Assembly: GCF_021869535.1 (NCBI RefSeq)
Contig: NW_026262668.1
Location: forward strand, 69,316,001-69,380,000
Reading direction: 5' to 3'
Source of the DNA: Mytilus californianus
Lineage: Eukaryota
Length of the DNA: 64,000 nt
Shown: one piece after another, positions 41,101-56,108 of the stretch
Numbering within the stretch: position 1 is the first letter of the stretch
Layout of the letters: each line of letters starts with the position of its first letter
Program-made: the position numbers and the translations under genes
Notes under the pieces: generated by a model
Told to the model about the DNA's origin: nothing
What the model saw: the letters and a program-made list of their open reading frames with translations, nothing else
Database searches by the model: none

Positions 41101-44100
41101 GAAGGGAGTAGCACACTGTTGCAATGCACTACTTGCATAACCTGAATAAAGATGACGATTTATATATATATATATGAAATAGCATATTCAAAATCAATTT
41201 ACTAAGGCCATGGATTATTTTTACATTGTGCAACTATAAATGCCTCGGTTTAGAAAAAAAAATGATAACAAAATACGAATTTCTCGCAAGATTTATTCAT
41301 TCTGTACATCGTTTATTTTTGTAATCAGTATAGTATTACCTTATTCTTTATACTTTTCCACCCCGATACTCCCCAATCTTTATGTTTTTTTGTCCATATT
41401 TATGTGTTCGTTATATGCTCTATCTGTAAAACCCATCCAGACTCTTTTAGATCTTTTTTTGTGCAAAGCATAAATTCCGCCCAAAAAAAAAAATCCATTG
41501 AAAAACTGATGTTTGTAAAGGCTAAGCATTAAATTGCCGTGTTTGAGTTGACTGTTTTGTCTTGAAAACGTACAAAGCAAAACTATTTGATACATCATCT
41601 CGCTTCAGAATCCATTATTTTTATATGTTTAGGCTACATGTTGATATAATAACAATAGAAATCCACATTACCAAGAAATGAAGTATACGGGTCAAGTAAA
41701 AATACCTGTCTAATGAGTCATAAAAACAGATTTGATGTGCTTCAATAACAAAAAAAAAAAGCTTCGTGCTACTACAAATGTTAAAATTTGAGATGTATTT
41801 CTAACTTGTGTTTTATTTTATTTTCATTCACTCATTTTTCAATTTAAATTTAGGCATACATATTATTTTATTTATGAAATGCACTAAACAAAAGAAAAGT
41901 CGGACACACCGTTCACTTACGTCCCTTTTAAGTTATACTGAAAGCCACATCGCTTGTGGATTTTTTTGGGCATAATATCATGTGTTACCTACATTAATTT
42001 GTCATAAACCTCTATTTTTTTAGTCAGCCCTTCCACGAAATATTAATTAGGTTTTTTTTAGTATTTTTTTTTAACTTTCGAAAATTCCCACTGACAACCG
42101 ATCAGACAATAGTTTTTAAGTTGACAAAAGGCCTTGAGGTACATTAAAAAACGCTCAATAGATAGTAGATACTCTAGCTTGTCTTTTTGACAGTCTAAAT
42201 TGACAGCGTGTCATCCCTACACTGACTTCCATTTTCACGATTGAAAAAAAAAAATGGCTTAATGGGGAGACAATATGGACGAAGTAGAATTCTGACCCAG
42301 GTAAAAGTCACAAATCAGATTAAACTTATTTGCGAATCGAAACTGTTAGACCATCGACGAGCAACGGTTTTTAATCTTGATCTTACAATTCCGATAACTC
42401 AGACAGTCTTAATTTGGCGGTAAGATATCTGAACATTTATTTAAATTGCAAAACTTATTACTTTACCTTGACGAACCATAACTTGAAAAAGTTCTGTTGC
42501 TATAGTTGTCGTACAAATGTCGTTTACACTTGGTGCATCTGAATTAATAACTGCTACCGTCCTTTCTCCATTGGTATCACTAACTGTATAAAGAAACATG
42601 CATTATGTCTAAAAAAGTGTATGATATTACCAAAATAAAAATAATTGTATATGATTCCTTGAATTAATTTTATACCTATAAATACTTTAAAATTATAGCC
42701 TTTGTATGAGGTCGATCTGAGGATATACCGACCAGGAAGAAGTATATCGACTGAAGACAAAGGCTATAATTGCTATATTATTATTGTTAGTACGACTGAA
42801 ATAGAGAAGAACTCCATTTGATTAATTGGTTGTTATGATTGTGTCACTAAGTATTGATGTTTTTATATTTCTATTTTAGATATTTTAAAAATAACTATGC
42901 AAAACCACTTTTTTAACTGCCGTTTTCAGTCTACCTTTGAAAATACAGTCTGGCTTGTCAGTCATAGTCATTTCGAAGACCAATTGTACGTATTTAAAAT
43001 TGACTCACCCACATTATAAATTCCTCGTAGATAGTTTAGCAAATACACAGAATGTGTTGTGTAGAAAGTAACAATGCAAAATATGGGTTAAGTGATCTCA
43101 GTGGAATAAATTGTAAAAGTGTGTATACAGTATTTATTTGTTTTACGTTGTATGTTTCCGGAACCCTATAGGACCAAGATGGTGATAAGTCTGGTTTACA
43201 AGCGAATCAACCATACCTAACTTTCGGTCCGACAGTGAAACCCGTTATGAAGAGTGTTCGTTTGGTTTCGCGAGATGTATAAATTCGCAGTCATGTCCGG
43301 TCATAATGGGGGAGTTAAATGCAGAAACCCGTGTTGGAGAAAGGGTCTTAGCTGACCTATTGCGAGGCAAAAGTTCCGCTCAACCAAAAAACCTGTTTTT
43401 CCAGTTGGTTTCAAAATTTCCTACTCGTCATCACGATAAAAAAATTGTAAAGATCCTACAATATTGATTTGTTGTTTATTTTGTGCTTGGTATGAATTAA
43501 ATGTCAACATTTGAACAGCGCAATATCCGTGTTCTTCGACAGTACAGGATCAAATCAGAGCTTTATGATAATACATAAGTGTTCATACCTTATTAAAATA
43601 GTTTGTTGTATACCTGCCTTATATGCTACTAGGAAGTTTATTTCAGTTTTTATTAGAGTCATTCGACTGCACTACTTATTGTTTACATCATTTGGAGTAT
43701 GGTGGATAGTTGTCTCATTTTCAGTCATACTACATCTCTGTATTTTATACAGATATATATTGTAAATTGATCAAATATATAGCAGACGTCATTTAAGCTA
43801 CGAGTGGAAGAACTTATAGAGCGGATTGTTTAGAAGGGTGTAGGTTTTTAAACTCGATTTCTTCTCCGCGGTTATAAAGCTCGTAGTCGAAATCAACATC
43901 TATTTTGTTTGAATAAGTAATACAAAGCTTAAACAAAAATGCTAACTTGATCTATAACTTGTCATGGTATAAACTATATAACATATATCAAGTTAATATC
44001 TTCAAGCATGACGAAAAAAGAAAATGTTGAAAATTGATTATTTAAGTGAATTTTCTAAGTCCAAGGACCATAACTCTGCACAAAATCATCAGACCGGAAC

Positions 44101-47100
44101 AAAATTCGAACTTGATCTGTAACTTGTCACGATAAAACTATATACCAATTATCAAATCAAGATCCTCAAGCATGACGAAAAAAGGTGAGGAAAACTGATT
44201 ATTTGAGTGAATTTTTTAAGTCCAAGGCCCATAACTCTGCACAAAATCATTAGACCGGACCGAAATTCGAACTTGATCTGTAACTTGTCATGATAAAACT
44301 ATATACCAATCATCAAATCAATATCTTCAAGCATGACAAAAAAAAGTGCGGAAAACTGATTATTTGAGTGAATTTTCTTAGTTCAAGGACCATAACTCTA
44401 TACAAAATCGTCAGACCGGAACAAAATTCGAACTTGATCTGTAATTTGTCATGATAAAACAATACACCAAATATCAAATCAATATCTTCAAGCACGAAGA
44501 AAAAAAAGGGTGGAAAACTGATTTGCCGGACTGACGGATGGACAGACAGACCGGCAGACAGACGGACGGAGTGCAAACGTTAAGTCCCCTTCGACTTCGT
44601 CGGTAGGGGACTAATAAAATACAGTACCCTTTGATATAACATTGTCCAAAAACAAAGACAACGTCATTTTATAAATAATATTGTTTCAAGCATCACCACA
44701 CTAAAATCTTTGTCCGATGGGACAGTGGACTGGTACAAGTGACAGTTTGTCTCACCTTCTTAAACATTATATATCGACACGGCCTAACCATTTTCTCACC
44801 TGAAATACTAGAAAAGCCATCAAAGTTACTAGGCTTATAATTCAGAACGTCGAACACGCGTTTTATAAGTGAGTATGAGGAACAGGATCTGCTTACCCTT
44901 CCGGAGAACCTGATATCACCCTTGTTTTTGATGGGGTACCTGTAGCTCAGTCTTTAATATAAGCTAAGGAGCTGTGGTATGATTGCCAATGAAACAACTA
45001 TCCAACAGAGTCCAAAAGACGTTGATTTAAATGTCATCGTACGGCCTTTAAATAGATATCCATACCAATATTATATGTATAATATTTACCGTATAGTCAG
45101 CTTTTAAAGGCCCCAACATGACAAAGTGTGAAACAATTCAAACGAAAAAACTAATGCACGATTTTTGACAAAATATTAAAAGAAAAACAAATATGATAGA
45201 CAGCAACCAACAATAACCACTGAATTACAAGCTCCTGGTTTGGGACGGGTCCATAAAGAATGCTGGTGTAAAACAAGTTTGTGGGTGCTCAATCCTCCCT
45301 TAACCTGGGACTGTGGTGTAATAGCTCAACATAAGAACAAACTGTAAAAATCAGTTTGACATGACTAGACTCATCAGATGGGCACGAAGATTACTCGCAG
45401 TTACTGGAAGGTAGTTCAAAGCCAATTTCAACTAATAAATAATCATGTTCTCCCAGACTAAAGTACCAATGAGTACTCTTCCACATGCAGTTTTCTATGA
45501 AGTGTTTTTTTCTAGATTTTTTATCATGGTTTTGTCGATCTTCCTTTAACAAATCTTTTTTTTTTATAAATATATTGAATATTTTTTTATTTCAAGAACT
45601 GGTACTTTTGATTTTTAGAAAATGATCGCATCAATGCTATTCCATATCAGCACAGGAGTGTCGTAAATTTTGTCATTGATCCCATATCACCATTCATTTG
45701 TCTAGCATGCGTTATTACCTTTTTACCATGTTTTTTGTCTAATCACCTTGGATTTATATTTATCAACGAATATGGTGACCATACCAACAGTCTTTGTTAC
45801 CAAGTTTATGTTAATTCGATCCGACAACTTTCACTTATTTACTTAATGACTTTCAATTTTTCATTGTTTTAATGGGCCCTTATTTTTTTTATTTTTGGGG
45901 CCCTTTATAGCTTGCTGTTCGGTGTGAGCCAAGGCTCCGGGTTGAAGACCGTACTTTGACCTATAATGGTTTACTTTTATAAATTTTGATTTAAATGGAG
46001 AGTTGTCTCATTGGCACTCATACCACATCTTCTTATATCTATTTAATGAGTTTTCATATATAACAAATCTATTGCAATATTACAAAAAAAAGCTATGTTT
46101 AATTAAATGATGGTCATACATGTACATACATACCTGATTGCATGTAATGGTAAAATGAATATTCTGTTATCTGGGTGACCTCCATACATAAATAATAGTT
46201 GTAGTCACCAGGGACTCCTGATACAGTGGCTGCTACTGTTTCGGTTGTTCTGCGGAATAAGCAAGTACGAATGAACATATCGAAAATATAATTGAACACG
46301 GTTTCCCCTTTAGAATATGTTCACACGTAACCTGTTATATGTTAATTCAAAGAAAAATGACTGTATTTTAAATAAAAAAATATGTTTGAACTTTTTTCTT
46401 GTTAACTTACTTTGACACCGTGTTTCCCGCCACACTTTTTTTTTTATTTGGGATACATATGATCAGCCTGAAATTTATATGTAAAATCAATGCCTATAAT
46501 AAGTTATAAAAGATAACGAAATGATAAATTCCGATTTATAAATAAACAATAAACGGAAACATGATGTGATAGACAGAAACCAACGAAAAAACTAAATACT
46601 CCTGAAATGGGACAGACACATACAGAATATGGCGGGGTTAAACATGTTAGCGAGCGCACAACCCTCCGCTTACATTAGACAGCCATATATATATATGTAT
46701 GACAAATATAAATAATGACAACTTTCCTTATCTTTGAAAAGGCATATTAGAATTCGATTGACTACAGTAGGTTTTTATGGTACACAAACTTCCATTTTTT
46801 TCCGAACAAGTGGAATAGCAAACGGTTCAGAAAAGAACACACATTTAAATCAATACAAGGGTTGATATCAGTATTACAAACGACAAACAAGTTATAAATA
46901 TAAATAAAACAAATCAACAAAACAGCCACAACAGCACTACATAATACCGTATCAATAAATGCCAAATTTCATAATTGCTACTGAACACGTACATAATCTA
47001 TTTAAAACTAGATTTAAGCAAAAAAGCTGAAATCAACTTCATATTTTTCAATGTTTCTGCGAGATAAAAAAAAAAGTCATTCGGGTAGACCGTATCTCTT

Positions 47101-50100
47101 AAAAATATATGATATTGCTCTGAATGCTGTGTTTTGTCTTATTTTTTTCGAATGAAAGAACTTTATAATAAAGACCACAAATTTCGCCGCCGCTAAAATT
47201 TACCTCCTTATGCTGCTACTAAAAATGAAAATAATCCTTTTGAATTCACAATTACATCGATAGTACAATACTTCCTTACTTAAGTATATATTTGTCCCCA
47301 CTATTCATATAGCACGTGAGATTGGTTGTTGATCCTGATCGAGTAATGGAATACTGGCTCAGATACATTACAGAAGAACTGGGAAATTCCACTTGTATAA
47401 ACTTGTTGTCATACCAAGTTCCTGTCATATAAGATGGCAATGTACAGTCTGCATCTACAAATATGAATACATAATTCCAATGTTATAAGTCAAGTCTTAT
47501 TATATTGTTAATCGTCATCACAAACCAAAAATTTTATAGATGTATAACCCCGTTTCGTGACGTCATGAGTATGAATTCCTAAACAGACGAAATATTTCTG
47601 TATTAAAGTGTTGATGAAAATGTTTGATCTGTTAAGGATGTTCGCTACTCAGTTTCAAAATAACAAGCTTTTCATAACACTTGTAAATATTGATAAGGGA
47701 TAAATAAGGAACTAAAAGAGCGAAAAAAAATTATAGGTCCGTATGCTTGTTTTTGAGATATAAGCTATTGAAAATTTTGCGGGAAAAATGTCTCTCTTGA
47801 TTTTTCATAGCTTTATCATTGACAAGTTTTATTTGGCAAACACTATTAAAAATAACAAGGACTTTATAAGATTTTTACAAATGGCTTCTTATCCTGCATG
47901 TAAAAGATTTATGAAAAGAAAAATGAGTGTAAGTGGCAAAAATATTTTATGGTATCCAAATTGATAAAACTAGAGGAATCCAAAAATCTGACAAAAATTC
48001 AAAAACATGACTAGCGAACATCCTTAATACTTTAAGTGCATTTAATTGGAATTATAAGTAGAATTAATGTTGTTTTAACTGAGTTTATTTAAAAATTAAA
48101 TGATTCTTTTTATAATATTATAGGTGTGTAAAAGCGTTGACCGAAGAACATTTTTTATGAAGCACGGAAGCGCTTCGTTTTAAAAACGGAGTGTCTATTG
48201 TTTCGGCTAGCCGGAAGAATATTTAAAAATCTCTATTTTTCCGCCCATCCGTTTGCGTATGCGCAAATTTTCAATATCAACATCAGTGTCATGTGGCGTG
48301 GAAAATGTCATGGATGAGGTGTCGAATTGCAAACTTGCGTATGCAATGGACGTTTTGAGAATTGGGAGATCGTGATTTATATTTAAAGATTTCCTAAAGA
48401 AAATTAGAGAGAATGTAATGGCTTTAAAACAAATTTCTATAGGACAGACTCCAGAAAAATAGCGTGTGCACGTACACTGAGAGGAGTAAAGCGTGAAATC
48501 AAATTGAAATTGCTGATTTTCCCCTTTTACGTTACCTGTATCAAAGGAAGCAAAACCCATAAAAACAATTCACAGGAAAACTACATAATGAAATCGATAC
48601 TTAGATGCATTATTTCTAAGTTCTACTACAACGGAGATCTATGAACATGTACTGATATACCTGGACTGGGAAGAGTCATGATACCAGGGTTAGGGTGTAC
48701 TGAACCCCCTTTTATTTTATTCTGTTTTATTTATTTTCTCAATAAAAAAAATATTATGATTTTGCTATCATAAACACATTCTTACTTTGGGGACAGTTTA
48801 CAAGTGCATAACCTTTTCTTTTATTTTCTATGTGTTAAAAATTACCGAACATTTTAAATAAAAAATCGTGCAATATTATTTGAAGACAAGGAAATGATAA
48901 ATTCAGGATCATCTTTAGGAATCATAGATTTTCATTGAAGTCATAAATCAGTGGGCAGACTCCTAACCTTGCAGGAAATTCATAGGTAGAACATAAAAAG
49001 GGGATAGGCATGTTTGCCCCCCCCCTCACCCCGTTCCCTTAGAATAAAAAAAAATCTGAATGATGTACCGTATAATATTAAGTAAATTTATTTGCATTTT
49101 GATTTGTTTTAGTAAATGGAAAATTTTTTACACAATTTTTTGCCAAGTGACTTTACTTCAAAAGTGTATATGCTGCATATCAATCGATGTTGATATTCTT
49201 CCTTTGATCTCATTTGAAAAGTTGTTTTTATTTACGAGGAATCGGCGTGTTCCATAGAAAAGCCAGTAGAAAAATAAATCAAAGTTGGTACCTGAGGAGC
49301 TTAATCCCATAATAATTCTGTTTTTTTTTCTTTCATTATTACTATTTACCAGAACGTTTTATCTTGAGTTTATAATCAGTAACGTGCGCGGAGAATGTTC
49401 AAAAATGAATGGTTCCAATTACCAGTGTTTGCATGGGAGGAAATTTTTTACGAGTACATTCTCCATTGGATGCTACAATAACCACTTAACCAAAAGCATA
49501 TTCATTATTCATTGTTATGAATGGTCGGAATAGCATAATAGGAGAGAAAGGCTATTCTTCCGGATGGCCATAAGAATAGACATTTTGTGCTATTTTTCCG
49601 GCTAGCCGGAAGAGTAGCCACTGCCTTTTAAAAACGTGCACACGATCACTGCTTTTACATTCCTATAAAATTATAAAAAGAACCATTCAGTTCTTATAAT
49701 TACATTCCGATGCTACAACTATATTAAATTAAGAGTTATATCAAGCCTTTCGTTTGTTTTTAAATGCACTATTTAACATTGTCACGGATAGCAGGTGCAG
49801 TCATAGCTGTTGTAATTTATGAATTACTAGTATATCCATCTTTTCGTTTGTTTCTCTATGGATTGTTTTAACATTTTCACGGATAGCACGTGCAGTCATA
49901 ACTGTTGTAAATTATACGGAAATAAAACTTGATATTGGAGTGCCTAGTGATTGTTGTCAGCCAATCAAAATTACGGATTTCAATGAAACATACACGTAGT
50001 GTAATTATGTAAATTTAATGAGAAAAGATTTATGATTTGACTAACTTGAAAAATTCTTATTGGCAAATTGCATTCCTGCATTCAAATTTGTTGACTTGAT

Positions 50101-53100
50101 TAAAAATATAGACCTTTCATGTTCTGCTATCTGACATTTCAAGATGGAGTATTTAAAGACTACAATACCACCTTAAGCCAAACAAAAAGAATGAATAGAG
50201 TTTATTCAATAATTTACTTAATCTAATAGAAAAATTACATAGAGCTCATTTTGAATAAAAAAGCATATTCACCGGAGAAAAAGTATATTCAGCGCGGGAA
50301 ATTGTGTAAGCGGTTTATTTTTAGATTTCGGGAAATTCCCTATTTATATTATCCAATGAAAATTAATCTGCCATTTCTCACGAGACATTGTCGTCTGTTT
50401 ACATCAACAACAAAAATGGCAGTTGTTGACACCGGCTCGTCTCAAAATGTACAGAAACAACGCTTTGCAAGTGTTAACGACGAAAAATGTCAACAAATTA
50501 TAAGGGATAAAGACTCGATGAACACTCAAAAGGCAACTAAAAGATCAGTAAAGCTATTTACAAATTATCTCGAGGAGAAAGACATGCCTACTGACATAGA
50601 AAACTATCCTGTCAAAGAACTTGACAGTGTCCTATCAAAATTTTATGCAGAAGCAAGGAATAAAAATGGGGAGCTGTATAAAACGACAACATTAAAAAAA
50701 CACTAGATACGGGATTAATAGATATTTAACTGAAAAAAGAGATATTGACATTCTCAAAGACCCGGACTTTATGAAATCAAATAAAATGTTCAAGGCGATG
50801 TCGGTTCAGCTAAAACGTGATGGCTTAGGAGGGATTGAACATTATCCACCAATTGATGAGGATCATATTAAGACAATATATAGTTCTCTAACACAAATGG
50901 ATCTAGTGTCTCTTCAACACAAGGTTTTTGTTGATTTAATGTTGTACTTTGGTCGACGAGGACGGGAAAATCTCAGAGATTTAAAAGTAAAGGACTTTGA
51001 ATTTTCCAAACAAGGTGGTGGTGACAAAGAACATAGATATATAAGAATACAACGGGATGAACTAACAAAAAATCACAAGGAAGATACAAATACTGCAGTT
51101 GGGAAAATGTATGAGGTGAAAGGTAGGTACTTCACTTAAATAATCACTGTATAAATACTAAGAAAGTTACAAAAAAATACACCCAGGGATGACGATTGAA
51201 TAAAACATTATGACCTAAGGAATAAAAGGAAGTACAGCAGTCCATAAAACAAAACAAAAATAAAAATTAATCAATTTGAACTCAGGTGCTCCAATTTATG
51301 GTGATACATATGTCCTTCATTCTATAAACAAATACAAATTCAATATGTTAGTAATGAAAACACATTCAAAATAACATTAATTACGTCAAAACATGATCTA
51401 AGATGTCTGTTATCTTATAAAATGTAGATTTTATTTTATTTCATTGCAGTTTGTAGGTACACACTACACAGAGTAATATTTTAGCATTGAACTGTAATTT
51501 TGATTCCTTATTGACCAGTTTATTGTAATTTTTCAGATGATGTTAAGTGTCCAGTTAGGAGCTTCATAAAGTATACAACCAAACTTAACAAAAACTGTGA
51601 ATATTTCTTTCAAAGGCCAAAAACCACCATAAACGATGACTTTGTGTGGTACGATGCGTCGCCATTAGGACATAACACCCTGGGTGGTATGATGCCAGTG
51701 ATATGTGAAAAAGCAGGTCTTGTGAAAAGATACACTTACCATTCACTTCGCGCAACAACTGTTCATGTTTTGGATGAGGCTGATTTTGCCGGAAGGCATA
51801 TTATGTCAGTAACAGGTCACAAAAGTGAAAGTTCTTTAAAAACATACACACGGTTTACATCAGATCGTGCACTGCATAACATGTCAAATGTTATTAGTGA
51901 AAGTCTTCGGACAGATGCTACATCTACAACTTCTTGTGAAAAACCTACTGTAGTTCCTGATCGTAATGAAGAAGAAATGGTCCAAATTGAAAATGACACT
52001 GACATTATTGACTTTATGCTTTTATCTGATTCACAAATGGATAATTTATGCCAAGATATTACTAGTCCTAACTCTTCACATAGACCGGTGGCTACTTGTG
52101 AACAGCAACAACATGTAAATGTTAATAAAACAGCAACATATTCAAGCTACCCATGTATTAACAATTTTGGTAATGGATATCCAAATTATCCCGTCATTAC
52201 AAACAATTATGGGAATATCAATATCAACTACAATATTATTCCAAAGTAAACTGTTTAATAGACATTTTATGTTTAAACAGTGTGTCAAAGAAACTGTGAT
52301 TATTGCAAATAACATCTAAATATCTGTTTTCAAGTCTGTTCTCTAATTTTTGCAAAATTAAATTTGTGTTGGTATTAAAAGATTACTTTTGATTATTATT
52401 CTTACATAAAAACAAACAAGGTATATTTCAGAGAGATAACTTAACTATTAGCAAATCACAAAAATACCCAATAAATTGTCAAAAAAACAATTAAACATAC
52501 ATGCACATATATATATGGGGTAAATATCAAGGACAACACACTCTTTATTATATTCTGTATTATTGAATAAAACAATCATTGTCTTTTGTTTCGGTAAATA
52601 TGTGGTTGGCCTCAGTGAATATCAGTTTTTTCAAAAGTCAATAAAACCACATATTTTCCTCACCAAAAGACAATAATTGTATAATATTGATATTTTTAAA
52701 TGCGTTATAACATATCAGTCATCTGCACTTATTAAAGAGGAACTCAATTATTTTGTCTGCGATGACGTTTCAATAGGACCATATCAATTAGTAATTTATA
52801 AATTGAAATTTTAGAACCTTCTATTGTCTGAAATTTTGATTTCCTCATTTCATTCATGCTTTATCTAATCAATTACTACTGATTATTAAATGTTTCATAT
52901 GTTATCTCGTATGGTCTGTAGTTTATTAATAAGATCAACAAAGAAAAAGTTAGGAAATCTATTTATTATGCCTTTTGTTCGCTACTGTAAAGGGACATTA
53001 GCTGCCAAATTTTTGCCAACCGAATTTATGCAAAATCTTAAATGTGATTTAATATATACTGAAACGTAATTCAGAACTACATAAATTCCATTGGAAACAA

Positions 53101-56038
53101 TACACGATGTTATAAAGTATCATCATTTCATTTGTATTCCTTACTGGACGCTATTGAATTACCACGAAAACTACTTTTTCAGCTGACGTTCGTTTCAATC
53201 ACTTGTCTTGTGAGCACAAGAGCAACCCATAGTCGACAAAGGTTAAATCAAAGGTCGCATGAATACGGATTCAAACGAAGTTGAATAATTGATTTGCAAT
53301 CCAATAATACATCATCGGTGTTTTGAGCTTATTTTAACAAAACTTACTGCTAATAGGGAAACATTATTTAAAAATTCCGCTTTTATAAATGTTCGAAAGA
53401 AGTTATATTTTATTTTTTTGTGTAAATTGTAGCTTATGTTCCTTTAAGGGACGATTTTTTAAATAAATATTCATCCATATAAATAAAAAGAGATGTGAAC
53501 AGATAAACATCTAGGTGTCAACATACAGTCTTCAGCGACTATATTTGTCAGTCCCTCCTTTAAACAGACACACAAATCCCAAAATAAAAAAGTATCTCCA
53601 TTCCTCTTTTTTATCGCTATCTTTTATTCCCCCCTTTTTGCTCGTTTTAAGCGTTCTGATAGACCCACACCCAAACGAAAAATCCGATATTTCACAACCC
53701 CGATATTTGAGGTTTAAGGAAATATAAATGTACTAGTAATCCTTGTTCTAAGCAACAAAGAACGATTTATACAATGAAATAATATTATAAATCTTGCGTT
53801 CCATTCGTTGTTTATAACATATTTGTAATTGGGAGTAAGGACTTTGCAAACGAAAGATATTCTTACATCTAAATCGATGGTAAATCCAATTCATACGCAT
53901 AAATATATGAGACTCGTTCTAGGTGCTCATCAGTTCTTATTATTAAGTTATTTCAGTTTCAAAGAGAATTTTCAGACTTATCCACTGGCGTAAATATCTC
54001 TACTGTTCAGACCACTCGCTTTCCGTCAATTAAGATCTCTTTAGTCTATGTTCAGACTGTTCAATAGTTATAATTTACCTGTAGGGAAAACGGTAGTATT
54101 TATTCTTCCATAGGCGACAATACTAACATTTTCTAAATTTACCACTTTTTTACTGGACATAATAGTTATGTGTGGTATTAGTACTTTATTATTCTGTTTT
54201 AAAAATTGACGTCAAATAGTATTATGACCATCTTCGAACGGAGCTTGTTTATGGTATCCATGCCCACCGTCACTTTACATCAAATTTATGAAAATTTGGA
54301 AGCCTTTTCGAATAATTTTCAGGAAAATATTTCAATGGGTTTCAAAATTTATATTGTAAATATACACACTGCACATTTTTAATTAATAAATAAAAAAAAT
54401 ATATTGTGCCCTTACATCCAATCACAGCGCTCCTAAGTTGACTTCCTTCACCTGCCTTGGGTACACGAAAGGCCAACATAAAGCCGGGAAAATGTAATAC
54501 TACTTTTTCCCCTGTACAGATCAACTACATACTGAAATGTCTGAGAAGCTTCTGAACAGTACTGAATTGACTGCAAGCGAATTGTCTGAACAGTACTGAA
54601 TTGACTGCAAGCGAATTGTCCGAACAGTAATAAATTTATCGCAGTCAATAAATCTGAAAATTGACTGAAAGACTGAACATGCATGAAATAATAATTTATT
54701 TTTCAGACTTTTCTGATGATGCTAAAATCAAAATGACTGTGTCAGACTAAAATTCATTTTACTAGTGTTATACTTCTTAATTATTTTTAGGAGTTTTCTC
54801 CATAGTCTTGAGACATTTTGTGTCTGTATTTATTTTATCGACATCGTTGCGGATAAGCACATACTTTTAGTTTTTATTGAAAAAATCATGTTAAGATTTC
54901 TATGTTTATGTATCGATTATGGATGTCAACTCGGTGAACAATAATTATTACTAATCTTGTTGAAAGTATTCGTTGGTTTTATCGAGCGATAATCGAGTAC
55001 TCGCTCGGGAATATATCTACAACACGGAAACACAAAAAAAAAAACGTACTGTATATTCTATGGTAATTGAATTGTATTAAAGGTAGTACAGTTACTTATA
55101 GTTGTAGTTGTAGTTGTTCAACGGACGAAAAACCATCTACATAAGTATCTGGGACAAGGAATTACTACACACCATAATTAAGAGCTCATTACCTACAAGT
55201 ACTAATTAAGTAAAAACAATAATCTAATCAACATACTTTAATACGAAAGCCTATTAGGGTCACAAAAAAAATATTTTTATCTCGTAATTACGAGAAAACT
55301 ATCGCGTAATTACGAGATAAGAAGCTGTTTTATCTCGTAATTACGAGATAATTATCGCGTAATTACGAGAAAAACTATCTCGTAGTTACGAGATAAAAAT
55401 TCATTTGGCCAAGTAGATTAAGAGGAGAAAGATTTTTGTAAAAGATTAAAAAAAATTACTTAATTGCAGAAATGACTTTAAAGGGCAATAACTCCTTAAG
55501 GGGTCAATTGACAATTTTGGTCATTTGACTTATTTGTAGATCTTACTTGGCTAAACATTTTTGCTCCTACAGTTTATATCTTTCTATTATAATATTCAAG
55601 ATAATAACCAAAAACTGAAAAATAATCATTAAAATTACCAATTCAGGGGCAGCATCCCAACAACGGGAAGTCTGATTCGTCTGAAAATGTTTACCCTGTC
55701 ATATTTGCTCTAAATGCTTTAGTTTCAGAGATATAAACCATAAACTACATTTTACCCCCCCCCCTCTCCCCATGTTCGATTTTTAGCCATGGTGGCTATC
55801 GTGGTTGGTTAACGGGGTCTTTGGATACATTTTTTAAACTAGAAACCCTAAGGATGATAAAGGCCAAGTTTGGTTCAATTTGGCCAAGTGGTTTCAGAGG
55901 AGAAGATTTTTGTTAAAGTTAACGGACGACGACGGACGACGGACGCCATATGATGGTAAAAAGATCTCTTGACCCTTTGGGTCAGTTGAGTTAATAAAAA
56001 CGGACGTTTTATCAGGTGCCCCGGAAGGGTAATCATGA

Positions 56039-56108
<70 letters not shown>

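Noticed and set aside
46762-46965. Signal-peptide-like ORF MAFIDTVLCSAVVAVLLICF as first exon of the membrane protein
   Set aside because: It lies between coding exons 2 and 3 and has no suitable donor. 59311-59248 fits better (phase 1, GTAAGT).
50692-50703. Programmed -1 frameshift at A AAA AAA in the Crypton ORF
   Set aside because: The downstream ORF is in the +1 frame, so a -1 slip would not join them. A 1-bp insertion or sequencing error is simpler.
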